Source: Candidatus Latescibacterota bacterium (GTDB lineage: Bacteria; Latescibacterota; UBA2968). Taken from it: a stretch of 64,000 bases of DNA. The stretch spans positions 4,352,001-4,416,000 of the forward strand of contig OZ244960.1 of the NCBI GenBank assembly GCA_965222605.1, given 5' to 3'. The notes beneath the pieces were generated by a model that ran no database searches, was not told the DNA's origin, and worked only from the letters and a program-made list of their open reading frames with translations. Positions 29,831-38,118 of this stretch are shown here, one piece after another; position 1 is the stretch's first letter; the number at the start of each line of letters is the position of its first letter. The translations under genes were made by a program, and so were the position numbers.

Positions 29831-30712
29831 ATGAATCCGATTCCGATGAAGTATATCTCTTGGCATGCTGGTGATATGCTTTTAGGGTATTTGGAAGAAT
29901 ACCCGAATTATTGGGCTGATGGGAGTGATAAAAAAGAATTAGAGAAAAACTTGAATGTTATTTACCAAAAGGTTGCAAGTGGTAGGCTGAAAGTCCCCTC
30001 AGAGTTGGAAAATGCTTTAGCAAAAATAGATAAGGCCCAACAAGATTATATTCTCTTTCCTTATAAGATAAATGAGTTTTTGTATGAGTATGTTAAAGGA
30101 ATGATAGAAGGAAAAGATCAAGAAACAGGAGATTTTGTAATTCAACTTCCACACCCGAAGGACAGTATTTTACCGAGCCAGCTAACAATTCTTACAGGAC
30201 AAATTGTTGAAAACCTGCGTAGTGCTTTGGACTATATGATTTTTGAGTTATCCGTCAAAAACCATCCGGATTTGAATGAAAGATCTCCACAATTCGTCAT
30301 TGCCGACAACGAATCAGCATTCGAGCGTGAATCAAATAGAGGATTAAAATATCTCACAGACAAGCAAAAAGAATTTGTGGAGCAAATTCAGCCTTATCAT
30401 GGAAACGAATTATTGAGGTTATTGCGAGACGTTGCCAACATTAGTAAGCATAGACAACCACCTGAAATAATAGACGTTACTGGCATGGATATATACTATG
30501 ATGAATTGTCTAACAAAGAACTTTATGAGGGTGCATGGACATATCCGCAAGAGGATGGTGGAGCAGTCTTCGCAAAGCCGAGAAGTTCAAATGATTCAGG
30601 GGTTGTGTTGATGAATAAGTATGATGGACTAAAAACATTAGGGTCGATGATTATACACATTCAGGAAATAGTCCAAGCGTCTTATAAATACTTCAAAGAG
30701 TCAAATAATTGA
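29831..30712 (+). CDS. Fusion protein: HicB-like N-terminal domain plus uncharacterised (possibly HEPN-like) domain
   Basis: RBS GGAGG. N-terminal YISWHAGDMLLGYLEEYPNYWADGSDKKELEKNL resembles HicB-family antitoxins; C-terminal NLRSALDY...QPY...LRDVANISKHR. Confidence 0.6.
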   Translation: MNPIPMKYISWHAGDMLLGYLEEYPNYWADGSDKKELEKNLNVIYQKVASGRLKVPSELENALAKIDKAQQDYILFPYKINEFLYEYVKGMIEGKDQETGDFVIQLPHPKDSILPSQLTILTGQIVENLRSALDYMIFELSVKNHPDLNERSPQFVIADNESAFERESNRGLKYLTDKQKEFVEQIQPYHGNELLRLLRDVANISKHRQPPEIIDVTGMDIYYDELSNKELYEGAWTYPQEDGGAVFAKPRSSNDSGVVLMNKYDGLKTLGSMIIHIQEIVQASYKYFKESNN

Positions 30713-30731
30713 CTGGAGTTACCCCGTTTTG

Positions 30732-30840
30732 GATGCTGTTGTCGAATTGGTCGAGAGGTAGTTAGCAGTTGTAAAAACGGCTGTTTGTGGCCTGGATACA
30801 AGCTCTGTATGGACAGAATTCGGAATTCGGCAACAGCATC
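30732..30840. mobile_element. MITE, 109 bp, 17-bp TIRs, 6-bp target-site duplication
   Basis: GATGCTGTTGTCGAATT ... AATTCGGCAACAGCATC (16/17), flanked on both sides by GTTTTG. Confidence 0.85.
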
Positions 30841-31179
30841 GTTTTGGTAGAGTATTTAGGGCTTGGGTTTTAAGCCTGTGAACGCTTAGTCGGGGCCTTG
30901 TGTATGGAGTGGTCTGACGAGTGGATCGCTGGCAGACGCTATCTGGACATGACGGACTTGAAATAAAATCACTGACCCCTATTTCACGGAGCTACCTTTT
31001 TACAGAACTTTTTGGACTTGACCGTTTGAACGCTCTTGATTCGGAGGCGGATTCTCTACACACATCCATCCAATATTCAGTTTTTGTAACAACTTCTCAA
31101 CATCTTCTGACCAACTTCCGAATTTTCGTTTCAGGTCGTCGAGGTATTTTATTTCCTCGTCAGGATGATTTATATTTTT

Positions 31180-31767
31180 GGGAATTATACAGAATAGTAC
31201 CGAAAAAGGAAAAGGATTGACCCGTTAGGCGTTCATTGATATACTTACATAATCATATCAAAAAGTAGCCGGTTGAAAGTTCCCACACCTTCAACCGGTT
31301 TTCACATAATCCCCATAAGGGCAAGTTATGACTTATGCAGGAACAGGATGTGTCTTAAAGGTCGTAGATGGTGATACTATCATTGTCTTGAAGCCCAAAG
31401 GCGAAGGTCTGGAGGAAATTTGTGTGCGCTTGATCGGTGTTGACGCGCCAGAAAAAGGGAAGCCGTATTACGCTGAAGCTAAGGCATTTTTAGAAGGGTT
31501 TTTTGAAAACAATTCGTTGGTCAAACTTTATTTTGATGGCCCTGTGCGAGACAGATACAACAGGTGGAGGGCACACGTATATACACACGGAACCTCGGTG
31601 CTTGTCAGTGAAAAAATACTGGAGTATGGTTATGCAAGGATATTGAAAGTTTATCCCCACATCCACGAAGATTTGTTTGTGCAGGCGCGAAAAATAGCGT
31701 ATATGCGAGAGCGTGGAAAGTGGAAAAGGGATTAAAATAACTTTCGGCACTACTCTACATAATCTCC
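31180..31767. mobile_element. Non-autonomous TIR cassette carrying a thermonuclease gene
   Basis: Left GGGAATTATACAGAATAGTACCGAAA vs right rc GGAGATTATGTAGAGTAGTGCCGAAA (20/26); no transposase; truncates the adjacent helicase gene. Confidence 0.7.
31328..31735 (+). CDS. Thermonuclease (SNase) family protein
   Basis: VVDGDTI, VRLIGVDAPE, DRYNRWRAHVY motifs. Confidence 0.92.
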   Translation: MTYAGTGCVLKVVDGDTIIVLKPKGEGLEEICVRLIGVDAPEKGKPYYAEAKAFLEGFFENNSLVKLYFDGPVRDRYNRWRAHVYTHGTSVLVSEKILEYGYARILKVYPHIHEDLFVQARKIAYMRERGKWKRD

Positions 31768-32091
31768 TTTTTTTAGTGCTCTTTCAAGATCGGAGATATT
31801 GCGTTGCAAAGACGCGCGCAAAACAGGGTCATATTTGGCTTCATCACCTATCTTTAATGCCTGCCAATCTTCTTCGCTCAAAATAGGACTTGTAACCCAC
31901 CGAGCTTTCCCACCATTTGCTGCAAATGCGATTAACCCTTTGGATGCAATTCTTATCCAGCCTGAACTGAAAAACCCAACGCCACGATCATATCGGTAGG
32001 CAGCACTTAATGCTGGAACAAAAAAGTCCTCAGTAAGATCAGAGGAAGATGTGTCAAGTCTGTTTGAGGAATTGAGGTCTGTTAAGTTCAT
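31750..32091 (-). pseudogene. N-terminal fragment of an SF2 (DEAD/DEAH, restriction-associated) helicase
   Basis: EDFFVPALSAAYRYDRGVGFFSS resembles the N-terminus of much longer PLD/SF2 helicase proteins; the last codons GDYVE* come from the TIR. Confidence 0.7.
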
Positions 32092-32297
32092 ATTTGTTTA
32101 TTCAGCCTTCTTCGCGATTCCATCGCATCGTTGCTTATCTCAGCAACATTTCTATCGGGCCAGAGATTTTGCTGCCATTTCGTATAATCGAATGGCTCTC
32201 GCAAGATCAAGCTGATGAATTTTTCAGCTTCAACGATACCCAAAACATCTACCAGCGCGCGTAGCCCATGTACTCGTATTTCAGTATCGGTTCTCAT
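32088..32297 (-). CDS. Small antitoxin-like protein (orphan)
   Basis: TDTEIRVHGLRALVDVLGIVEAEKFI...DYTKWQ pattern, reminiscent of small proteins found next to PIN toxins. Confidence 0.6.
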   Translation of the reverse strand: MRTDTEIRVHGLRALVDVLGIVEAEKFISLILREPFDYTKWQQNLWPDRNVAEISNDAMESRRRLNKQI

Positions 32298-32321
32298 ATA
32301 CAATCCCGTGGACACTTAATA

Positions 32322-33182
32322 TTAATCATCATCCAATAACTTCTGTGCATTTTGATATGTTATTTTGTCGAATGCTTCTTTTGCCAGGTTCAGACGCTGC
32401 AGATAGTCCATTAAGCGCGTGTCGAAATAATCCCTTCCAAATAACAGGCAATCTTGAAATTCGGTCAAGAATTGTCTGCCATAAGCTTCGTCTCTGCTGA
32501 TTGCGGTCAGTCCCGATCCCGCGGAGAGGTCGGCGTATAGGTTGTCGTATTGTCTGAGCATCTCGGGCACTTTGCCTCCCGGTTCAACGGGACCTGTGGG
32601 ATACGCTTCTTTGTCAAACTTGCCGTCTCCAGAAATATGCGCCCAAAATCCCGGCGCATGGCCGATGAAATTGGTTTCGGGACATGCAATAATCGCCCGT
32701 TCAAATGCTGCGATGCTGCCGCCATACCACCAGTTTGGTCGCGGGTAATCCCCTCGTCCGTGATCGATGGGATAATCGAGATGAATCGTGATCGGCAGGC
32801 CCATTTCACCGCAGACGCGATATAGTCTGAGGGCATCCGGATCGTCAAATACCACCCGCACTTTTAGTTCGCTGGCAACCCGAATTCCGTGAATTTCTAC
32901 GGCTGCTTTCAAGCGGTCAATTGCATCGGGTCGCTTTGGGTGTGGCATATATCCCAGTACAAATCGGTCGGGGGCTGTGCGCCCCACCTGAATCACGTCT
33001 TCGAGGGGGATGCATACGCCTGTTGGGGGCAATACTTTGTGATAACTGGGACTGTATTCGTCTTCTGGCGCTTCCCATGAGAACAGCCACATCTGGTCGA
33101 TGTTTTGCTCGTCCATGTTTTTCAATATTTTTTCAGCGTTAAATCCGTGCCAGTTTGGGTGATTGTGCGCGTCGATTAACAT
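32322..33182 (-). CDS. Amidohydrolase_2-family metallohydrolase
   Basis: IDAHNH, FIGH, YADLS, LFGRDY. Confidence 0.88.
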   Translation of the reverse strand: MLIDAHNHPNWHGFNAEKILKNMDEQNIDQMWLFSWEAPEDEYSPSYHKVLPPTGVCIPLEDVIQVGRTAPDRFVLGYMPHPKRPDAIDRLKAAVEIHGIRVASELKVRVVFDDPDALRLYRVCGEMGLPITIHLDYPIDHGRGDYPRPNWWYGGSIAAFERAIIACPETNFIGHAPGFWAHISGDGKFDKEAYPTGPVEPGGKVPEMLRQYDNLYADLSAGSGLTAISRDEAYGRQFLTEFQDCLLFGRDYFDTRLMDYLQRLNLAKEAFDKITYQNAQKLLDDD

Positions 33183-33194
33183 GTAAATCTCCTT

Positions 33195-34268
33195 TTAAAC
33201 CAGATACGCGCCATCTCGAATGATTTCGCGTGTTTTTCCGTCTGCGGAAATCAACAGGAGTGACGCCGCTTGAATCGGGCTGTCTTTGGCATAGACGATG
33301 TCCTGGTGAACAATATGTGCGGGGGATTTGAAATGTTCTGGCCCAATTGTGCCGCCGAGATGTTCGCTGCGTCCATAAGCCCAGTGAAAGCCCGCTTTTT
33401 CATCTTCTAACACATTGTCCCAAACAACAGCTTTTGGATTACAGCCCAGGGCAAATTCGGCGATGTTGGCGCGCATCGGGTCTTTGTTGAAATATGCTTT
33501 GAGTCTCGCGGCTTGTGTTGTTTCTCCCGCGACATCTACAATCCGATTGTTCTCGACCCGAAATACGACCACATCGCCATCATCACTGACGGGTATTTCG
33601 CCTTCTGTGCGACTCGGTTCGCCGTCTCTTTCACCTTCGTAGGGTACCTGAAAACTTTCTCCACTCGGCAAGTTGATAATGGGAAAGGCCGAGTTTGCCT
33701 TTTCTCGGGGCAGTTGCCCGTCGTCTTTGTGGGCTTCTCGGAAGCGCAGATCAACCGTCCATTTGTGGCCGGTTGAAAAAATAACCCGTGCGTATTCTGC
33801 TTCGGAGAGGGCGTCCATTAAAATCTGGCAGCGGCGCGCCACTTCGGTATAATCCGCAGAAAGCGCGGTTTCTTCCATGCGTCGGGCAACGCCTGGCAAT
33901 GACGCCGCGCGAAAATCATCGTGTGAACGCGCCCAGGCAGATAGGGGTGCCGTGGCGGAGAATTGCGTGAGTGCATTTACCATTGTCGCTTGCGATAGGC
34001 CGTCGCGCAAGGGGATGGGGTCGCCTTTGTCGAGGGGCAAATTGCCATTGTGTACACCGGTTGCGGGAAAGGCGATTAATGGCAGTACGTTAAAGCCGAC
34101 CCGTTCGCCGAGCGATACCCACGCTGCACGCCATTCGGCGGCCATTTCCCGGCGCTCTTGCCATGCCTGGTGATCGCGCAGTTCACCGTGTGGCACATCG
34201 GCAATGACGGCTACTGTTTCATCGGGTTCGGGATGAAATACATCTGTGAATAATTTGTGTAGATCCAT
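33195..34268 (-). CDS. Aminopeptidase T/M29-like metallopeptidase
   Basis: NLPSGE, NIAEFALGCN, LEDEK, H..YG, HQD motifs. Confidence 0.75.
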   Translation of the reverse strand: MDLHKLFTDVFHPEPDETVAVIADVPHGELRDHQAWQERREMAAEWRAAWVSLGERVGFNVLPLIAFPATGVHNGNLPLDKGDPIPLRDGLSQATMVNALTQFSATAPLSAWARSHDDFRAASLPGVARRMEETALSADYTEVARRCQILMDALSEAEYARVIFSTGHKWTVDLRFREAHKDDGQLPREKANSAFPIINLPSGESFQVPYEGERDGEPSRTEGEIPVSDDGDVVVFRVENNRIVDVAGETTQAARLKAYFNKDPMRANIAEFALGCNPKAVVWDNVLEDEKAGFHWAYGRSEHLGGTIGPEHFKSPAHIVHQDIVYAKDSPIQAASLLLISADGKTREIIRDGAYLV

Positions 34269-34269
34269 T

Positions 34270-35082
34270 TTACAAATTGTCCAATACTGCGCGCAATTGC
34301 CGTACGCCTTTTAGCATTAATTCCGGCGATCCCCAGTGTTCAATACTCACATTGCCGGTATAACCGTCTGATAGGACCATTTTGAGCAGGTCTTCGTATT
34401 GCATATTGCTTTCGCGAATGGGGTCCAGTTCTTTATCGGGATTGGGCTTGACGTGCAGATGGGTGATCCGTCCTTTAATCTGTTCATATCCGTCGGGTAC
34501 GGCTTGTTCGCCACATCCAACGCCGTTGTTCACATCCCAGCAAAAGCTAAATCCCGTTGTATCGCCCAGGGCGTCGGCGACCATTCTCGCTTCCGCGCAA
34601 CTGCCGGCAATGGTCGCGCCTTCATTTTCCAGTGATAGGGTGACGCCTTCGCGTTCGGCCGTTTTGGCAATGGGTTCGAGAAATGGCACGATGACATCGA
34701 GATAATTCTCAACGCCGGGTCGATTTTCCCGGTCTCCTTGTCTCCGATTGGGATTCCACAGGGAAAATCCGCGGATGACGGTTGTGTTAAACGCTTTTGC
34801 CAGTTCGATCATGCGGTCAAACATGCGCTGGTGTCCGGCTTTTTCTCGGTCGCTGTCGTGCGCGCATTTGCCCACGGGCGAGCCAACGGACATAACGGTC
34901 GCGTTATACTTTGCCAGTACGTCCTGGACGCGCTTCAATTCGTCGTTGTCGATTTCCTGTACGCGCTTGCCCCAGATGCCGCCGCGCAGTTCAATCCCCG
35001 TTGCACCCGCTTCTACGCCCAGGCGCACAGATTTATCAAAATCGGCTTTGTCGATTTCATCTGCAAAATAGCACAGTTCCAT
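34270..35082 (-). CDS. Sugar phosphate isomerase/epimerase (xylose-isomerase-like TIM barrel)
   Basis: FADEI, LENE, WDVNN, HLHVK, SIEH. Confidence 0.88.
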   Translation of the reverse strand: MELCYFADEIDKADFDKSVRLGVEAGATGIELRGGIWGKRVQEIDNDELKRVQDVLAKYNATVMSVGSPVGKCAHDSDREKAGHQRMFDRMIELAKAFNTTVIRGFSLWNPNRRQGDRENRPGVENYLDVIVPFLEPIAKTAEREGVTLSLENEGATIAGSCAEARMVADALGDTTGFSFCWDVNNGVGCGEQAVPDGYEQIKGRITHLHVKPNPDKELDPIRESNMQYEDLLKMVLSDGYTGNVSIEHWGSPELMLKGVRQLRAVLDNL

Positions 35083-35131
35083 CCCTTCCCCCTAATAAGT
35101 GGTCAACGTGACTTGGTGCCATATCATATAA

Positions 35132-35262
35132 GGGAATTATATACTTTAATAACCGTCAGGCTACGAGTATATTTCTTGCTTCTTTGTGCATTGCCACAAT
35201 ACTTGCTGGTCTTACATGCACTCCACAAGCGTAAATTTCGGGCATTCCAACCGTATTATTGC
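35132..35262 (-). ncRNA. Putative TnpB omega-RNA/reRNA scaffold
   Basis: Overlaps the tnpB 3' end. ACGGTTGGAATGCCCGAAATTTACGCTTGTGGAGTGCAT...GTAAGAC...ATGCACAAAGAAGCAAGAA resembles IS605/IS1341 right-end RNA sequence. Boundaries are approximate. Confidence 0.55.
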
Positions 35263-36346
35263 GAACATTTATCGCCGCGTTTATGTCTCTGTCATGCTCT
35301 GTAAAGCATTCTGGACACGTCCATACCCTGACGTGTAATGGCATATCGTCAACTTTATGACCACATAAAGAGCACGTCTTTGACGACGGATAAAAGGTAT
35401 CCAATTTCACTATGTCACGCCCATACCAATCGGCTTTGTAGCACAAAAAGGACACAAACTGTCCCCATGAGACATCGGCGATTGCTCTGGATAGACGCCT
35501 GTTCTTCAGCATATTTTGTATTTTGAGACTCTCTACGCCTATTGCTTGGTTCTCGTCAATAAGCATTTTTGAGAGTTTATGCTGAAAATTACGCCTCACA
35601 TTGGCAATCTTTGATTGTATCTTTGCCACTTTAAGTCTTGCTTTGTCTCTGTTCTTTGACCCTTTTTTACGTCTCGATAACACTCTTTGAGTACGTATCA
35701 GCTTCTTATATAAGGAATCAAATACTCTCGGATTTGCTATTTTGTCGCCATCAGACGTAATAGCAAAGTGGTTGATACCGAGATCAATGCCTATCTTTGC
35801 TTTGAGTGGTTTGAGTTGTGCTATTGTCTCAATGACTGATATAGAGACAAAATACCGACCACATGTGTCTTTGGACACAGTGGCACTGCGTATCTCACAT
35901 TCTTTTGGCAGTGGCCTGTGATAATTCACTTTTATGTCGCCGTCTATTTTTTGTAGCTTAATACCTCGCTCTATGAGACAAAAATCATTGTGCCTGTAAT
36001 ACGCACTCTGGCGAGCATACTTGCTCTTAAACTTAGGCTTTCCTGCTTGACCCTTGAAAAATCTATTGAAAGCTGTGTTGAGATTCCTTAATGCTTGCGT
36101 CAATGGTATCCGCAACACGTCATTGAGCCACAACTTGTCTGTTTCTTGCTTCAAAAGCGTCAGGTCTCTCGATAATTGTGTAATTGAAAGAGACTCGTTG
36201 CTTTCACGATATGCCGATTGTTTTTTGTCCAGTGCCCAGTTATAGACATATCGGACACAACCGAATGTCTGTGAAAGTGACAAACACTGTGCTTTGTTAG
36301 GATAGAGGCGATACTTATATGCCTTATATATAGCCACCTTTTTCAT
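35156..36346 (-). CDS. tnpB: RNA-guided endonuclease TnpB (IS200/IS605 OrfB family)
   Basis: N-terminal YKYRLYPN...FGCVRYVYN; RuvC GIDLG, GVESL, DRDINAA; Zn finger CSLC...CPEC. Confidence 0.96.
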   Translation of the reverse strand: MKKVAIYKAYKYRLYPNKAQCLSLSQTFGCVRYVYNWALDKKQSAYRESNESLSITQLSRDLTLLKQETDKLWLNDVLRIPLTQALRNLNTAFNRFFKGQAGKPKFKSKYARQSAYYRHNDFCLIERGIKLQKIDGDIKVNYHRPLPKECEIRSATVSKDTCGRYFVSISVIETIAQLKPLKAKIGIDLGINHFAITSDGDKIANPRVFDSLYKKLIRTQRVLSRRKKGSKNRDKARLKVAKIQSKIANVRRNFQHKLSKMLIDENQAIGVESLKIQNMLKNRRLSRAIADVSWGQFVSFLCYKADWYGRDIVKLDTFYPSSKTCSLCGHKVDDMPLHVRVWTCPECFTEHDRDINAAINVRNNTVGMPEIYACGVHVRPASIVAMHKEARNILVA

Positions 36347-36451
36347 AGTATAAATATACATAAAAACAATACGTTGTGCAACAAAAATACACATCAATGG
36401 TTACTAAAATATATAATTCCCTTATTTTTGATTTTTCATTATCATGAGCGT

Positions 36452-36772
36452 ATGAATGAACAGACACGCAAAAAAATTCTGCAATCCACACCGCACCAGA
36501 AGGGGATTCGCAAGGTCGATAGAAAACGCCTGCTCGCGCAATTGGCCCGCGCTGAGCCGCCGCCCGATTACGATCGCTATATGCGATCCAAATCGTGGCA
36601 AATTAAAAGGCAGAAGTTTCTCGCCCATTACAATTGCCAATGCGTTCTGTGCGGTAGCAAAGAGCATTTACACGTCCACCACCTGCACTATCAGACCCTG
36701 GGCAAAGAGCGCGTGGAAGATGTGATTGTTTGCTGCAGGCGGTGTCATTTTATTGAACACTTTAAGAAGTGA
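36452..36772 (+). CDS. Small HNH endonuclease
   Basis: Y.RYM.S..W...R, CVLCG...LHVHH..Y..LG.E...CRRCH. Confidence 0.85.
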   Translation: MNEQTRKKILQSTPHQKGIRKVDRKRLLAQLARAEPPPDYDRYMRSKSWQIKRQKFLAHYNCQCVLCGSKEHLHVHHLHYQTLGKERVEDVIVCCRRCHFIEHFKK

Positions 36773-36783
36773 TCCAGTGTTTT

Positions 36784-36809
36784 GTAGGGGCGGGTCCCCG
36801 TGCCCGCCC
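36784..36809 (+). repeat. GTAG-type REP-like palindrome
   Basis: GTAGGGGCGGGTCCCCGTGCCCGCCC. Confidence 0.7.
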
Positions 36810-36837
36810 GCAAGTGGAATTATTTCCGGAGATTTTC

Positions 36838-38118
36838 ATGCCGAATATTATCATTATTACCACGCACGATACAGGGCGGCATTTTCGGTGTTATGGTATT
36901 GATACGGTACACACGCCTGCGATTGATGCAATTGCCGAAGAGGGATTCAAATTTACCAATTATTTTACGACGAGTCCGGTGTGTAGTCCCAGCCGGGGGG
37001 CTATGCTTACGGGACGCTATCCGCAGAGCAATGGTTTGATTGGGCTGACGCATTCGCCCTGGGATTGGTGTTTTAATGAAGGGGAGCGACACCTTTCGCA
37101 TATTTTGCGCGATGCGGGCTATCACACGGCTCTTTTTGGTTTGCAACACGAAGCCTCTAATATTGATGATCTGGGTTTTGAAGCGACTTTTGCACAGCGC
37201 GATGAAACCGGCCGCCGCGCAAACGCGCTTGTGGTTGCCCAGGCTCTGGCCGATTTTCTCAAAGCAGGTGGTGTGTCCAAAACGCCATTCTACGCGCAAG
37301 TTGGTTTTTTTGAGACCCACCGCCCGCACGATTTTGGCGATGTTGAACCCGATGATAGCAAAGGTATTGATGTGCCGCCTTATCTAATTGATGACGAGAC
37401 GTCGCGACGAGAACTCGCCCTGCAACAAGGCGCGATCCGTCGCGTTGATGAGGCTGTTCAGATTATTACCGATGCATTGAGGGAAAGTGGTCTGGAAGAT
37501 GATACCCTGCTGGTCTTTACGGTTGATCACGGTATTGAATTTCCCAGGGCTAAGTGGTTTTGCTATGATGCAGGCATTGGCGTTGCATTGCTTATGCGCT
37601 GGCCCGGCGGAGGTGTTCGAGGTGGACAGACCTGTGACCATCTGCTCAGCAATGTCGATTTTTTGCCTACGCTTATGAATCTCATACAGCATCCCATTCC
37701 CGATAATGTGGAGGGCTTGAGTTTTGCCAGTGTGTTCAAAAATCCCGATGCGGAACCTGCGCGAGATGCTGCCTTTTCCATTTTTCAGGGTAGTGATAGT
37801 CGGAGCATTCGCACCGGTCGCTACAAGTTTATTCGCAATTTTAGTCCGCGGCGCCTGATAGATGTGCCCGTGGATATGACCGATCCTCCAACGCCGCGCA
37901 TCAAACAACCCGTGGCGCAACTCTACGATCTGGAAAAAGACCCGAATGAATTTGAGAATGTCGCCCAAAAATCCGAATACCGAGATGTTTATAACGCATT
38001 GAGCCAGCGCCTGTGGCAATGGATGGAAGATGTAAATGATCCCTCGCTCAAAAGTCCGATTCCCACGCCGTATTATTGGGAGGCGATGGCAGAATATCAC
38101 CAGAGAAAGGAAGGGTAA
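36838..38118 (+). CDS. Sulfatase (S1, Cys-type; N-sulfoglucosamine sulfohydrolase-like)
   Basis: PNIIIITTHD, CSPSRGAMLTG formylglycine motif, DHG, LYDLEKDPNE. Confidence 0.93.
   Translation: MPNIIIITTHDTGRHFRCYGIDTVHTPAIDAIAEEGFKFTNYFTTSPVCSPSRGAMLTGRYPQSNGLIGLTHSPWDWCFNEGERHLSHILRDAGYHTALFGLQHEASNIDDLGFEATFAQRDETGRRANALVVAQALADFLKAGGVSKTPFYAQVGFFETHRPHDFGDVEPDDSKGIDVPPYLIDDETSRRELALQQGAIRRVDEAVQIITDALRESGLEDDTLLVFTVDHGIEFPRAKWFCYDAGIGVALLMRWPGGGVRGGQTCDHLLSNVDFLPTLMNLIQHPIPDNVEGLSFASVFKNPDAEPARDAAFSIFQGSDSRSIRTGRYKFIRNFSPRRLIDVPVDMTDPPTPRIKQPVAQLYDLEKDPNEFENVAQKSEYRDVYNALSQRLWQWMEDVNDPSLKSPIPTPYYWEAMAEYHQRKEG

Larger units (their letters stand above)
35129..36424. mobile_element. tnpB-only element bounded by 26-bp terminal inverted repeats
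   Basis: TAAGGGAATTATATACTTTAATAACC (35129-35154) vs rc of 36399-36424 TAAGGGAATTATATATTTTAGTAACC (24/26); AT-richer than the flanks; no tnpA. Confidence 0.85.

Noticed and set aside
30921-31220. 99-aa plus-strand ORF
   Set aside because: It crosses a TIR boundary and has no motif; the opposite strand carries a more protein-like fragment.
35121-36432. Target-site duplication around the tnpB cassette
   Set aside because: The flanks TCATATAA and TTATTTTT are not direct repeats, so no TSD is claimed.
35100-36800. TnpB plus HNH as a CRISPR-Cas12 or IscB-like system
   Set aside because: I saw no repeat-spacer array or cas genes in the window; the HNH is a separate small gene outside the TIR.
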